From contig OZ024741.1 in assembly GCA_964016885.1 (NCBI GenBank), positions 55,180,001 through 55,244,000 on the forward strand: 64,000 bases of DNA, written 5' to 3'. A program made the position numbers and the translations under genes. Positions 44,273 to 57,044 of this stretch are shown here, one piece after another (the first letter of the stretch is position 1; each line of letters starts with the position of its first letter). The notes below the pieces were generated by a model that was not told the origin of the DNA, searched no databases, and saw nothing but the letters and a program-made list of their open reading frames with translations. The DNA comes from Eledone cirrhosa. Lineage: Eukaryota.

Positions 44273-44374
44273 GTCCTTCATCAGTGATCTTCCAACCTTC
44301 ATTGGTATTTCTTCGCTTTAAAGATCAGATACCTCTGGTTGGTGCGAACAATAACTAAAGAAAGTTATTGGGAC
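44273..44374 (-). ncRNA. Permuted, pseudoknotted hammerhead-like motif (F1b)
   Basis: As F1a, but helix A is CCAACC/GGTTGG and P0 is TTCGC/GCGAA. Confidence 0.8.
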
Positions 44375-44580
44375 ACGTAAAATAGGGTGAAGCGAGCGAG
44401 ACATGTAAACAAACATAGATGGTAATGCATATCCTCTTCCTCTCTTTCCGTTGCATTACCATCTATGTTTGTTTACATGTCTCGCTCGCTTCACCCTATT
44501 TTACGTGTCCCAATAACTTTCTTTAGTTATTGCTCGCACCAGCCAGAGGTATATGATATTTAAAGCGAAGAAATACCAAT

Positions 44581-44672
44581 ATTTATTTGAATATCCTTAA
44601 TATTCGAAATAATATCTCTTCTTCGGAGGGAAGTAAAGGGGTTAATCCAGTGTTCTAATTAGCTTGCCAAGT
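44581..44672 (-). mobile_element. Solo pLTR fragment of the PLE-4 family with minimal hammerhead variant
   Basis: Reverse complement of TTTACTTCCCTCCGAAGAAGAGATATTAT.TCGAA.ATTAAGGA seen at 51759-51802. Confidence 0.7.
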
Positions 44673-44675
44673 CAT

Positions 44676-44779
<104 letters not shown>

Positions 44780-44917
44780 ACAGTTCAAGAGTAACCAATC
44801 TTAAAGAGAGAGATGGAGATAGGAGAGGAGATATGAGAGGAGAGATTGGTGAATTAGTTAGAAGCCAAAGGGTAAAGGCATGTGCTCAATGTGCAATATG
44901 CAGTAGAAACCAGCTAG

Positions 44918-47250
44918 GTCGCTATTACGCGTCAATAACCCCGGAACTGCTCAACAAAGCATTAACCCTACCCAGCACCAACTCGGACATAACCAATAAT
45001 GAGATTAACATCATACTTATGGCTAGGCAGATTATCATTGAATTCAACGGAGTACTCTGGACTAGAAAAGATAGAACAGACAACTTTGACATCACGATGG
45101 GCTCAAGTGACTCTGCGCAAATCACCGATTTAGTTGGAATTTACCTATTACATAACATCAGAGACGAAATCCAACCCTTGCAGGGACGACGCTCTATTTG
45201 CAGTCCACAATTGCACTAATCGGGCCATTGATTTGCTAAAAAAACAATTACATAGATTCTTTAAAAATAACGGTCTCTCTATCACCATTGAGCCGAACCA
45301 TAAAGTAATAAACTTCCTAGACGTCATCCTGGATCTCAACAATAACCTATATTACCCTTACCATAAACCAGGTGAAATACTCACATATATTAGCCCACAC
45401 TCTAACCACCCACCGGCAGACATCAGAGCAGTAATCAAATCTCTCTCGTATAGGATCTCAATGCTATCAGCAAATGAGGAGATATTTATAAACCATGCAC
45501 AATATTATAATAAGGCTCTTTCTGAATCTGGTTATGAACAATCAATTTATTACATACCTAAATGCCATAACACAGCAATTCACCATAATAAACTTAACAC
45601 CAGAACTAGAAATACCTTAGCATATAGCCAGATTCGCCGGAATTTTAGCAGTAACAGCACCTATACAGGGAAGTTTAATGGTGGCAGCGGCCTGCTCCCC
45701 ACTCCAAGTAGCAAACTAAAAATCAACCCTAGAATAGGAATGAGAAATGGGATGACAAATAACAAATCCCCAGGTAATAATAACCCTAGGAAGGCCCCTA
45801 CCAACTCCACTAGAACCCCTAGAAGGAATAGACCTAGAAAAATCACCTGGCTTAACCCCCCCCCCCCATTCTCATCTAATCTAGCCACTAATATCCCTAA
45901 ACGCTTCTTCTCTATCCTATCTAAACACCCCCCCCCCCAACCATAGATATTACAAACTCTTTAATAAAAATAACATTAAAATCTCATTCTCCACAACACC
46001 TAACCTAGCTAGCCACATCGCATTCAGTAACCATCATAAACTAAGACAGTATAACTCCCACACTGCGGTACCACCACCTCTATCAAATACACCACGCCAC
46101 TACAACAATAATTACTCTAGTAGCACACCTCCCCCATCTAATCCTTCTAACACTGACCAACCGCTTAGGTTAAACTACCCTACTCTCACTAACCGCAGAA
46201 GCAACTGCAACTGCCGTTACCCTAATGCATGCCCATTAAATGGACACTGCCTGACACCCAACATAGTCTATAGGTGCACGGTTAAAACTGCTTCGAATAC
46301 CAGCTCTTATATCGGGTCTACCTCTAACCCTTTTAAGGTACGCTATAACGTGCACTCTTTTTCCTTCCGAGACCTTAGCAATAGATGTTCGACATCGCTA
46401 GCTAGGCTCATTAAAAACCTTAAATTAAGCAACGTTCAACACTCACTAAAATGGGATATCGTGCCTAGGGCCCAACCGTTCAATGGACGAAGAAAATCTT
46501 GTGATCTCTGTATTACAGAAGCATATTACATAACTCTATCACGACCTCTACCGATTAACGATAGAACGGAGGTAACTATTAGCTGTCAACATCGAAGGGC
46601 TAATTCCTTCGCCAATAGAATATTTGACCCAACTTAGTCATCTAGCCCCATTTTTACTTGTAGCTAATAAGTTAAATAGCTATGACTAACTTAGATAATT
46701 ATAAGTTACCTCCCCTACATTGTCTCTCAATTAAAAAATTTAAAAATTAGCACTTAACAATTTCTAATCTCTCGAGGAGTTACTTCCCCTGAAACCACCC
46801 TCTAATTAGTAAGGTAAATATGTCCTTTGGCAGTCATCTTGTTACCCATAGGCAGATCTCACACAATGCAGCCTCGACAGATGAATACTGCTTGATTATG
46901 GCTGACAACTGATGCAACCAAGACACCATAGTGAAAAACCAATATATGGAACATTATATTATGTAACATTCTCTCATTATTTTAATTTATATTCCTTTGA
47001 AGTTCCGATGAGCCGCTCTGTTTTTTAAATATGTTAATTATTTTCAACTGAACCAGATCAATTATGATATATAGTCATCTGATCCAGAAATATCATATGG
47101 AGTAGCGAAACAATTGTAAATGGACATTATTATTATTAATATTATTATTATTATTCTCTACATTCCTTACATCAAACTAAAATATGTTGACAATCTTTTA
47201 ATAATGTCGTCCTTGTGAAATTTGTGGTCTTGTTTTGCTTAACTAATGAA
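44918..47250 (+). mobile_element. Penelope-like element PLE-3 (Nematis-like), 5'-truncated within RT, frameshifted
   Basis: YYASITPELL.KAL, FDITMGSSDSAQITDLVGIYLL, RDDALF, NFLDVILDL, YHKPG, SNHP, ITWLNPP, CNC..CPL.GHCL..NIVY, YIGST, CDLCITE. ORF ends at 46637; the 3' region ends at (TA)n. Confidence 0.9.
47002..47121 (+). ncRNA. Type-I hammerhead variant in the PLE-3 pLTR (CCGAUGA core, long stem II)
   Basis: gtt-CCGATGA-GCCGCTC...GAGTAGC-GAAA-CAATTG-TA-aat, with a palindromic stem III. Confidence 0.6.
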
Positions 47251-47495
47251 TATATATATATAAATATATACGAGGATGGAGGGTAAATTACAGTATTAAA
47301 CGTAGTAGTTAGGCAAATACATAGTTAATATCTCTATCACATGAATCAAAACAAAAAATACAAAATATAAAATACAAAAAATACAAAAAAAATTATATAT
47401 ATATATATGAGCCGTTTGTTTACAAACGAATCGAACATTATTATTAATGTTTGATATAACACATACGTACATATGTATATGTATATATGTGTGTG

Positions 47496-47559
<64 letters not shown>

Positions 47560-47561
<2 letters not shown>

Positions 47562-48460
47562 TAAATCTACCAAGAGTTTACGGTAGTGTCCAATCCGTAT
47601 GAAGAACTCAATGTAATCCGGATATCATGGAAAGAAGAGATGCATTCAAAAATCACTTTCGGTGAAAGATAAACGGAATACAGAGTCAAGATAAAATATT
47701 AAAAAAATAATGAATAAAACAATGAAACAGTTCCTTATATTAAACAAAAAAAGTTCATTATTTAACGATCGTTTCTAGGACATATATGTGTTAGAATTGG
47801 CATGCATATTTAACAGATCTATGTACAAAATTATACAAAATTATACAAACTATCAAATTTAATATACATACCAACACATATATATGCCGTCTTCAGAAAT
47901 AATGAAATATATTTATTGATAATAACAACAATTCAAAATTACAGGTCTGTTTGGGAACAGAGTTCAAATTGACCAATGAAATACACAGAAATATGTGCAG
48001 AAAATACAGTTAGGTGTGTGTATATATGTAAGTAACTTCGTTCACAGATATGCATAAAAATATATGTCTACATGCATACGCATGTCGAAAAAATGTATGT
48101 AAATACAAAAATTCAGGGCTAATGTCTCTGTATGCTTATAATCTACAGATAAAATACATATACGTATATAAACATATATACATTCATATATAGACATATA
48201 AACATACATTCACACACACACACGCGCATATACGCATAAACATACACATAACCACGAACATACACACACACACACACCCACACACATATATGTGTATATA
48301 TTATTATCATAAGCATATGGACATTAAGGCGCGCACATAAGCACTGCCACATATATTTAGGTCCAGATACAGAAAGTAGGTGGGGGTGGGTCAGTATTTA
48401 CGGGTGTCAGACAAACTGCCTATTTAAAAATGTATCTATAAATTTAGAAATAAAAAGAAG
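47560..48460 (-). mobile_element. 3'-end remnant of another PLE (last codons, 3' UTR, pLTR)
   Basis: Minus strand [17 protein letters not shown] resembles the PLE endonuclease C-terminal FI.KF.P.LN. A hammerhead lies downstream and the element ends at (TA)n. Confidence 0.55.
47756..47904 (-). ncRNA. Type-I hammerhead ribozyme
   Basis: CATTATTT-CTGAAGA-c-GGCATATAT...ATATATGTC-cta-GAAA-CGATCG-TT-AAATAATG. Perfect 8-bp stem I and palindromic stem III. Confidence 0.75.
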
Positions 48461-48555
48461 AATATTAAAAAAAATATATATATATATAAAAACAAGTAAA
48501 ATATAAAATACACATCGATATATATATATATATATATATACATACACATATACAT

Positions 48556-48612
<57 letters not shown>

Positions 48613-48722
48613 TATACATATATATACACACACACATATATATAGAGACACATACATATACACATATAAATACATAGACACATATACATACACACATATA
48701 TATATATACATACATATTCACA

Positions 48723-48779
<57 letters not shown>

Positions 48780-48860
48780 TGTACATACACATATACACAT
48801 ACATACCCATATATACATATATATACACACACACATACACACACACATATACACACACAC

Positions 48861-48917
<57 letters not shown>

Positions 48918-49033
48918 CATACATACATACACACATATATACACACACACACACATCCATGTATGCATATACACATACAACTACACGCTCACACAACTCA
49001 GACATACATAAATAAAGAGATATACATACACAC

Positions 49034-49076
<43 letters not shown>

Positions 49077-49081
49077 TATAT

Positions 49082-49148
<67 letters not shown>

Positions 49149-49209
49149 TATATATACACACATAAATATATACACACACACACACACACACATATACATA
49201 CATATATAT

Positions 49210-49297
<88 letters not shown>

Positions 49298-49403
49298 TAA
49301 TATATCAACTAACATAAGCGCACAGATGCACGCCCATGCTAGCAAATACACAGGTTATGTCATAGTACCTAGGTGGTTCAATGCAGGAGAATGCAGAACA
49401 ATA

Positions 49404-49877
49404 ATATAAAAGACGTAAAATAAGAAAATATTTTTTAAAAAAATTTTAAAAAAATTTTTATTTACTTACTTAAATTTTCACTCCAACTAATTAGTTTCTG
49501 CAATGGGATAAAGACAGTTACGTAATCCAACTGTCGAGAATTCATTGCGTCATCAGGGAGTCTATTCTCAGTTAAGTCTCCAGGCAATGCGCGGACACTG
49601 GCGGCTCATATAAAAATAATAATAATTCGGTAGATCGAACAGCTGGCGAGGACTGGATTCTATGTACCGAAATTCTCACTGCTTCAGGTCAAATGGCCGA
49701 TTCTAAAGAATCAATCACGTGACACAGAGGCTAGTTAGAAGGAATGGGATGGTAAGATGACTGACTTACGTAACTGTCTTTATCCCATTGCAGAAACTAA
49801 TTAGTTGGAGTGAAAATTTAAGTAAGTAAATAAAAAATTTTTTAAAATTTTTTTTAAAAATATTTTCTTATTTTACG

Positions 49878-49887
<10 letters not shown>
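49404..49887. mobile_element. Palindromic pLTR-like insertion: ~122-bp inverted arms (49404-49525 / 49766-49887)
   Basis: Arms are near-exact reverse complements. Minus-strand CTGATGA-cgcaat...attac-GTAAC (degenerate hammerhead) sits at the inner edge of the left arm. Confidence 0.75.
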
Positions 49888-49932
<45 letters not shown>

Positions 49933-49982
49933 CTCATATACATATATATAAAATTAAGAAATAAAGAAATAAATAAATAAAT

Positions 49983-51365
49983 ATAAGACCCATCGTCTCT
50001 AGCATAGAAGGACCCCTATACAAAATTTCCTGGCTTCTCTCCCAGGTCCTCAAGCCTCTACTCTCCACCTTCCCCGGACATGTCAGTAGCTCCGACGAAG
50101 TTATACGTAGATTACACCAACTCCAGCCAGAACAACTTAAACTTAATAAATACGCTTTTAGCCTCGACGTTGTCTCCCTCTACACTACAGTCCCCGCTCA
50201 CCCAGCTGTCGATTTATTGACGGACTGCGTGGTCGCAGAGAACATCCACTGCTACGGCCTCCACCCGACGGACATACACCAACTTTTGTCCTTCACAGTA
50301 GACAACACGTACTTCACCTTCCACCACCACACATACAGACAGACAACAGGATTACCCATGGGATCCAGCCTCTCTGGCCTGCTGGCCATCACTTACATGA
50401 ACCAGCTAGAATGCCGAGCCCTCAACACCTGCCATTCCCATGCCTTCTTCACCCGATATGTAGATGACATACTCATCCTTACATCATCCCGTGAGGAGGC
50501 AGAGAAAATATACACAATATTCTCCAGCATGGACGCCAGTATAAAGTTCAGCATAGAACACGCCGATGACCACAGATCCCTATCCCTGCTGGACTTCCAA
50601 CTCAGGGTAACAGAGGAAGGCAACATCCACACCTGCTTCTATAAAAAATCCGCCAGCAGGGACCTGTTCGTACATTTCAGATCGGCCCTCCCACTCGGTG
50701 CCAAGTTCGGATACATAAAGAACGAACTGGCACGTATCAAGAACAAATGCACCGACGCCAGAGACCGAGACACACACACCACACATTTCCTGGAAGTACT
50801 CAAACTGAACGGATACACGACATCCACCACAAACCGTGCCAGAAAGAACAGAGGACACCACACCCGAGGCACTAACACTTGCTTCCTGAAGCTCCCACAC
50901 TTCAGTGAAGAAACAACAACAGCCATCCGCAGAGCCATCAGACGAGAAGGCCTGGATATTCAACTGGCCCATTTGGGTCCTTCTTTGCGCGGACGGCTAG
51001 CTAAGAGACACTCCACCAGACATGACAACTGCTGCAGACTAGCCAACTGCCCCATCAACGACACAGACCTATGCCACCAGGCTTACGTAGTTTACAGACT
51101 AGAGTGTGACAAATGCAACAACTTCTACGTAGGTAGCACCACCAGACCACTCCACATAAGAATAAAAGAACACCTCAATACTAACGCTTCCTCATTTAAG
51201 AAACACCTAGTTAAATGCAAAAACACTGATAAAAACATAACAGTTAGGATAGAAACTAAGGAAAGAAACCTCGGCAATCTTAGAATCAAGGAAGCACTCA
51301 TTATAGATAGAACACATCCACCAATCAATAATAGACTAGAGCTCAACACCCAATTTATAACCTGA
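49983..51365 (+). CDS. PLE-4 reverse transcriptase + GIY-YIG endonuclease (Penelope/Poseidon-like), 5'-truncated but uninterrupted frame
   Basis: IRPIVSSIEGP, FSLDVVSLYT, GLPMGSSLS, RYVDDIL, SLLDF, VVYRLECDKC..FYVGSTTRPLHIRIKEH, IKEALII..HPPIN. The frame is open from 49983 and has no native start. Confidence 0.88.
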   Translation: MRPIVSSIEGPLYKISWLLSQVLKPLLSTFPGHVSSSDEVIRRLHQLQPEQLKLNKYAFSLDVVSLYTTVPAHPAVDLLTDCVVAENIHCYGLHPTDIHQLLSFTVDNTYFTFHHHTYRQTTGLPMGSSLSGLLAITYMNQLECRALNTCHSHAFFTRYVDDILILTSSREEAEKIYTIFSSMDASIKFSIEHADDHRSLSLLDFQLRVTEEGNIHTCFYKKSASRDLFVHFRSALPLGAKFGYIKNELARIKNKCTDARDRDTHTTHFLEVLKLNGYTTSTTNRARKNRGHHTRGTNTCFLKLPHFSEETTTAIRRAIRREGLDIQLAHLGPSLRGRLAKRHSTRHDNCCRLANCPINDTDLCHQAYVVYRLECDKCNNFYVGSTTRPLHIRIKEHLNTNASSFKKHLVKCKNTDKNITVRIETKERNLGNLRIKEALIIDRTHPPINNRLELNTQFIT

Positions 51366-51765
51366 TAGGGCCTCTAGCCCCACTTTACACACCCCACACA
51401 CACGCACGCGCACACCTCCACTTATTCTCTCTCACACATACACACACAAAACCAGATCTAACACCAGATAACACCTACCCCCCACTTTTACGATTAGACC
51501 TATCTTCCCACACTCACACACACACACCCACATACCTACACCTTCATGCTTTCTCCCACACACATATACAGGCACGCATATAAAATTTAAAAAAACACAA
51601 CAAAAACTAAAACATAACATAAACAAACCCCTCTTAAAGGGAGACTACTCTTTATCCACCTAATTTTAATTCTTTGATATTAAAGTTAGAACAGATACTC
51701 TATACTATTTCCGGTCAGCATGGCTTCATTCGAAATTTAAAGACGCTGGTCTGAGACCTTTACTT

Positions 51766-51802
51766 CCCTCCGAAGAAGAGATATTATCTCGAAAATTAAG
51801 GA
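51766..51802 (+). ncRNA. Minimal hammerhead variant (CCGAAGA core, almost no stem III)
   Basis: CCCT-CCGAAGA-A-GAGAT-att-ATCTC-GAAA-AT-TA-AGGA. The same core is present in three copies. Confidence 0.55.
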
Positions 51803-51960
51803 CATTTAAATAAATTCAAGGTGAAAGACGAATTCACATCAATATCTTTCACTATTGCATTCTTTTTTCTATGTCCATATCTGCATTGTCTTGGCCTTAT
51901 TACACATATTCTAACGTTTATACCTCATTACACAATGCTTCAAGTGAACTATAACCTCCT

Positions 51961-52048
<88 letters not shown>

Positions 52049-53139
52049 TGTATATATATATATATATATATATATACAACATTAATTGATAATTATTAAT
52101 AATGTTACATCGTGCAATAGCCATACTCGATAACGAGGGGGCAGCCATCATGTATACATACATACATAGATACATACATACATATACATATACATATATT
52201 TTCCTGTGCATATACGTGAAAGTGTGTGTATGAGTGTGTTGACGCCTATGTTAATATATCGACGTCTATTTCCTGTTTACTGTAATAATCTCAGTAAAAA
52301 GCCTGCACTTAACTCAGACGAATTAAATCAGATTTATTCCTTCGCATGGCTTTTGGTAAAACGAAACTTTATTTTAGAGAGGAGACAAAATAAAGGGCGA
52401 AAACCCAGAGTAAAGAGAGTGAGTGAAATACAGAGGGAGCGGTAAAGTACTGAAAGAGAAGAAGGATGAGTGTGGAGATAGTTAAAGATTATGGGAGATT
52501 GAAAGAGAAGGAGTGAATGGGAGACAGAGATAAAGTGAAAGAGTGAGAAAGAGTGAAAAGCGATGGAAAGACTAAACAGTGTCCCTGAACATTACGTTAA
52601 GGCTACACGTGTCTGTGGAAAGCTCAACCATTTACAACCTAAAGCCTTGTGGACTCATAGCAAGCCCCCGTGACCCTTATCATTGGACAAAACTGTCCCC
52701 ATGACACTGATCGTTGGCTTTTTTTGAAGCAATGTCTTACAGCCAGATGCCCTTTCTGGTGCTATACCCTCTAGACTCCTCTTACGACACGCAGGAATAA
52801 ACACACACACACACACACATACACACATACACTCACATGCACAAACACATATAATTACACACTCACAGACACACTTGCACGCCCACATATACTCACGCTC
52901 ATATACACACACACTCATATACACTCAGATGCACTCACATACGCACATATACACACTCACATACGCACATATACGCACACGCTCATACAGACACACACTC
53001 ATACACATACATACACACATACACATATATACACACACATATATACACACACATATATACACGCACACGCATGACCGGCCACATAAGAACACATCTAATA
53101 AATGTAACATTGGATTAGAGAGCCAGACAAAACGTTTAG

Positions 53140-53468
53140 TTACGGCTCTTTACCTTCTGAGTTCAAATCTAGCTGAAGCCAGGATCAATAACATAAGGTA
53201 CCAGTCACATACTGGAGTCGATCAGTTTATTTGAGTTCCTAACCACCCCTCCACTCCCCAAATCGCTGGCCTTATGTCTAAATTAATTGTTTCTACTATT
53301 GGTACAAGGCCAGCAATTATCCCAGTGCATTACTGGTACTTTATTTTATCGACCCCGTAAGGATGAAAGGCAAAGTTAACCTCGGCGGGATTTGAACTCA
53401 AACCATAAAGGGCCGTAACTCTATACTGCAAAGCATGATGTCCGACCTTCTATCAATACTGCCAATCC
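53140..53468. mobile_element. Tail-to-tail pair of Deu/Nin-type SINEs (degraded plus ~53140-53290; minus ~53300-53468)
   Basis: GAGTTCAAATC..GTACCAGTC on plus; CTGGTACTTTATTTTATCGACCCCGTAAGGATGAAAGGCAAAG..GGATTTGAACTC (reverse complement of the consensus). Confidence 0.8.
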
Positions 53469-54292
53469 ATTAATAACCAGTAACATGACGCTGAAACCTT
53501 AAATATCCCTATTATTTGATGAACAAGCTTCTAAATTGATGCTCCAATCCCCAAAGTCTCTCAAATTATGAATAGCTTAATGCTTTTAAAACAGAGGACT
53601 TCAACTCAAGGATTCAAAGTGCCATCAGGTCTTGGACGTAATGTGTTGAAAGTGGACATAAAACGAGGATGGTTAGATTTATATAATTTATTACCTATAT
53701 GTATAACATTTCAGTTCCAATTACTTTCACCAAGCCGACTTTGATATGTAAAATTGGGGGTTTGCTGAGTATTCTAAATTTTGTGTATGAACATCCCCCC
53801 TCCCCCCACACGCACACCTCAAACCTAAAGTGCTCTGGGGCCCCCAACGTCTAAATCTGCCCTGCACACACTCATACATAAATATATACACAGACACACT
53901 CATACAAAAACATACATTGGCTGCCATTGAGAAACAAGTTTTCCTTCTACTAGAATGATGCCCTAACAAGAACTATCTGTCTCTTATTCCCAGTGGGCTA
54001 AGCGCGCTAGGGCACCAAATATATATATATATATACAATATAGAGAGGAGAAAACACGAAAGAGTATGTTTAAGGGGGTATAAGGCCAATAGAGTGAAAA
54101 ACATAAAAACTGCGAAAGGTATGGGAAATATATTATAATTAAAGGTATATATATATATATAAAAGAGTTAAACAAGATTCAATGAGCATATCAAAGAATG
54201 AGTTTTACAGTAGATTGGAAGCACTCTACGAAAAAATAATTTTCCAGAGTTATTAATACAAATATTAATAAAATAGATGTTCTTTTGATCAC

Positions 54293-54339
54293 TTGTCTGA
54301 TGAGGACGTACTGTTGTACATCCGAAATATGTATAATAA
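54293..54339 (+). ncRNA. Type-I minimal hammerhead enclosed by 30-bp inverted repeats (54260-54289 / 54350-54379)
   Basis: TTGT-CTGATGA-GGACGTAC-tgtt-GTACATCC-GAAA-TATGTA-TA-ATAA. Confidence 0.7.
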
Positions 54340-54374
54340 AATGTAATTCATCAAAAGAACATCTATTTTATTAA

Positions 54375-54407
<33 letters not shown>

Positions 54408-54411
<4 letters not shown>

Positions 54412-55219
54412 TATGAAGAGAGAAGAAACATTTAGATATAATTAGTAATAAAATGTATCATACCTAAACTGTTCCTAAATTCCTCGACTACGTAGTTTCG
54501 TGGCATAAACAAAAACAATATATCAAAGATATAGAGTCCTTGCGAGGTCTGCCGACTTATCAAGAGGATACCTCATTTTACTAGTCTCAAGAACGCGTCT
54601 ACACGACGTGAGAAAGAATCCCAAAAGGCGGAGGGGGAGATAGTCACGCGATATAATGGTCGAGAAACAGAGCTAAGCCTCTTATAACCCCGAAGAAAAT
54701 ACCACGGAGGCGGAGGGGTTATTTATATCGAGGCCGTAGAAGAGGTGGCGAAGAAGGCGAGAAGTATGAGTAATGGAAGCTTTCCAGCTGTCCCCACACT
54801 TCAAAGATTGCTCGACCAGAGGGAGTTATTAACAATATATTTAGAAACACACAGATACATGCGGACACACACATATATACATGAATGCATCCGCACCCAA
54901 CTGTGAGTTAAGGGTGCCAACTTCACCGATGTTGCTCAATGAATGACTGGGACAGACCAATTCAGTTGAACTAGACTGAACCAGTATCAGAGTTAAAAAT
55001 ACATTATGAAGAGAGAAGAAACATTTAGATATAATTAGTAATAAAATGTATCATACCTAAACTGCTTCATACCTACTGGTTCAGTCTAGTTCAACTGAAT
55101 TGGTCTGTCCCAGTCATTCATTGAGCAACATCGGTGAAGTTGGCACCCTTAACTCACAGTTGGGTGCGGATGCATTCATGTATATATGTGTGTGTCCGCA
55201 TGTATCTGTGTGTTTCTAA

Positions 55220-55226
<7 letters not shown>
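54408..55226 (-). mobile_element. Non-coding PLE-type insertion: 593-bp monomer with 64-bp direct repeat (54408 / 55001) and 153-bp perfect inversion (54834-54986 / 55074-55226)
   Basis: Repeats read directly. Flanked on both sides by (TA)n. Contains a hammerhead. Confidence 0.8.
54481..54568 (-). ncRNA. Type-I hammerhead with U3-A8 core variant
   Basis: TCCTC-TTGATAA-GTcGGC...GCCAC-GAAA-CTACGTAG-TC-GAGGA. Confidence 0.75.
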
Positions 55227-55257
<31 letters not shown>

Positions 55258-55262
<5 letters not shown>

Positions 55263-55635
55263 GTTTGTATATGTATAATAAAGCCAAAACAATGCAGGTA
55301 TGGACATAGAATAAAGAATGCAAATGCAAAAGATATTGTTGACAATTAGTCTTTTACCTTAGATTTATTTAAATCTCCTTAATTTTCGAGATAATATCTC
55401 TTCTTCGGAGGGAAGTAAAGCGGTTAGACCAGTGTTCTAAATAGCTTTTCGAGATATTATCTCGAAAATTAAGGACATTTAAATAAATCTAAGGTAAAAG
55501 ACTAATTGTCAAAAATATCTTTTACATTTACATTCTTTATACTATGTCCATACCTGCATTGTTTTGGCTTTATTATACATATACAAACGTTTATACCTCA
55601 TTACACAATGCTTCAAGTGAACTATAACTTCCTCC
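55258..55635. mobile_element. Head-to-head pair of PLE-4-family pLTRs inserted in (TA)n
   Basis: 55451-55635 matches 51778-51962. 55258-55440 is the inverted copy and includes the hammerhead variant. Confidence 0.85.
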
Positions 55636-55636
55636 T

Positions 55637-55985
<349 letters not shown>

Positions 55986-56279
55986 TATATATATATATAT
56001 ATATATATATAAATGTATTTTATCACAAACTCACAAGAGAGTATAGAAAGATATATTATGTTACATGCCTTGTGCTGGTTTAATTTCCATTCTATTTTAA
56101 AATTTACACCTTTAGATTATTTATCCATATGAAACATTATGTAACGAATTAACAATGTTGATAAGTGTATTTTGATTCTCCTTCACAATTTTCTGTTTAT
56201 ATATATATATATATATATATTTCTTTAGGTTTGTTGGTTCACCACTGGATAAAATTGGTCATTCCGTATGGTCAATCTT

Positions 56280-56362
<83 letters not shown>

Positions 56363-56478
56363 ATTTAATAAATATTTGCTCTACGGTTCTTATATATTTG
56401 ATATATATTTATCCTTATCGAGCCCTCTTTGGATTTTAGTCTTCAAATTTATTATTATTACTATATATATATGTGTGT

Positions 56479-56607
<129 letters not shown>

Positions 56608-57044
56608 TGTGTGTGTGTCTGTGTGTGTGTCTGTGTGTGTGTGCCTGCGTGTTTGTGTGTATGTATGTATTTATTTATATATATATATATACACAATATA
56701 CATACACATACATAGAGACATACACACATATATGTTGCACACATAACTACAGTTAATGATCAGCCACCGAAATAATTACGAATGATAACTCTCGTTTCTC
56801 TCTCAAGCTGCAATATTTATGTTCCTGTGTTACTGAGGTCATTTTCCTATTTCCTTTCATCTTTAACTTACCAAGGAATAATAATAGAACGACTTAATGC
56901 CCCAAATATCACCTGTAAAAGCAATATCAACACTACTACGACGAGAACCACCTTCAATACCATAACTAACGCCACCACTGCCACCAACACCATCACCATC
57001 ATGTTTTTCCCTACAGCACTACCTCTCCCGCTCAGTCTAAAGAT

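Larger units (their letters stand above)
43718..44580 (-). mobile_element. Non-coding retrozyme-like element F1 (subfamily A): 519-bp monomer, partial tandem duplication plus terminal inversion
   Basis: Direct repeats 43731-43909 and 44250-44429. Inverted copy at 44452-44580. 3' end runs into (GATA)n. Confidence 0.85.
49983..51962 (+). mobile_element. Penelope-like element PLE-4 including 3' UTR and pLTR, ending at (TA)n
   Basis: ORF as above. The 3' ~190 bp matches the solo insertions at 55258-55635 and 44581-44672. Confidence 0.9.

Noticed and set aside
44833-44917. N-terminus of the 44833 ORF as part of the PLE-3 protein
   Set aside because: RT homology starts only at YYASIT; upstream codons are flanking sequence fused in frame by chance.
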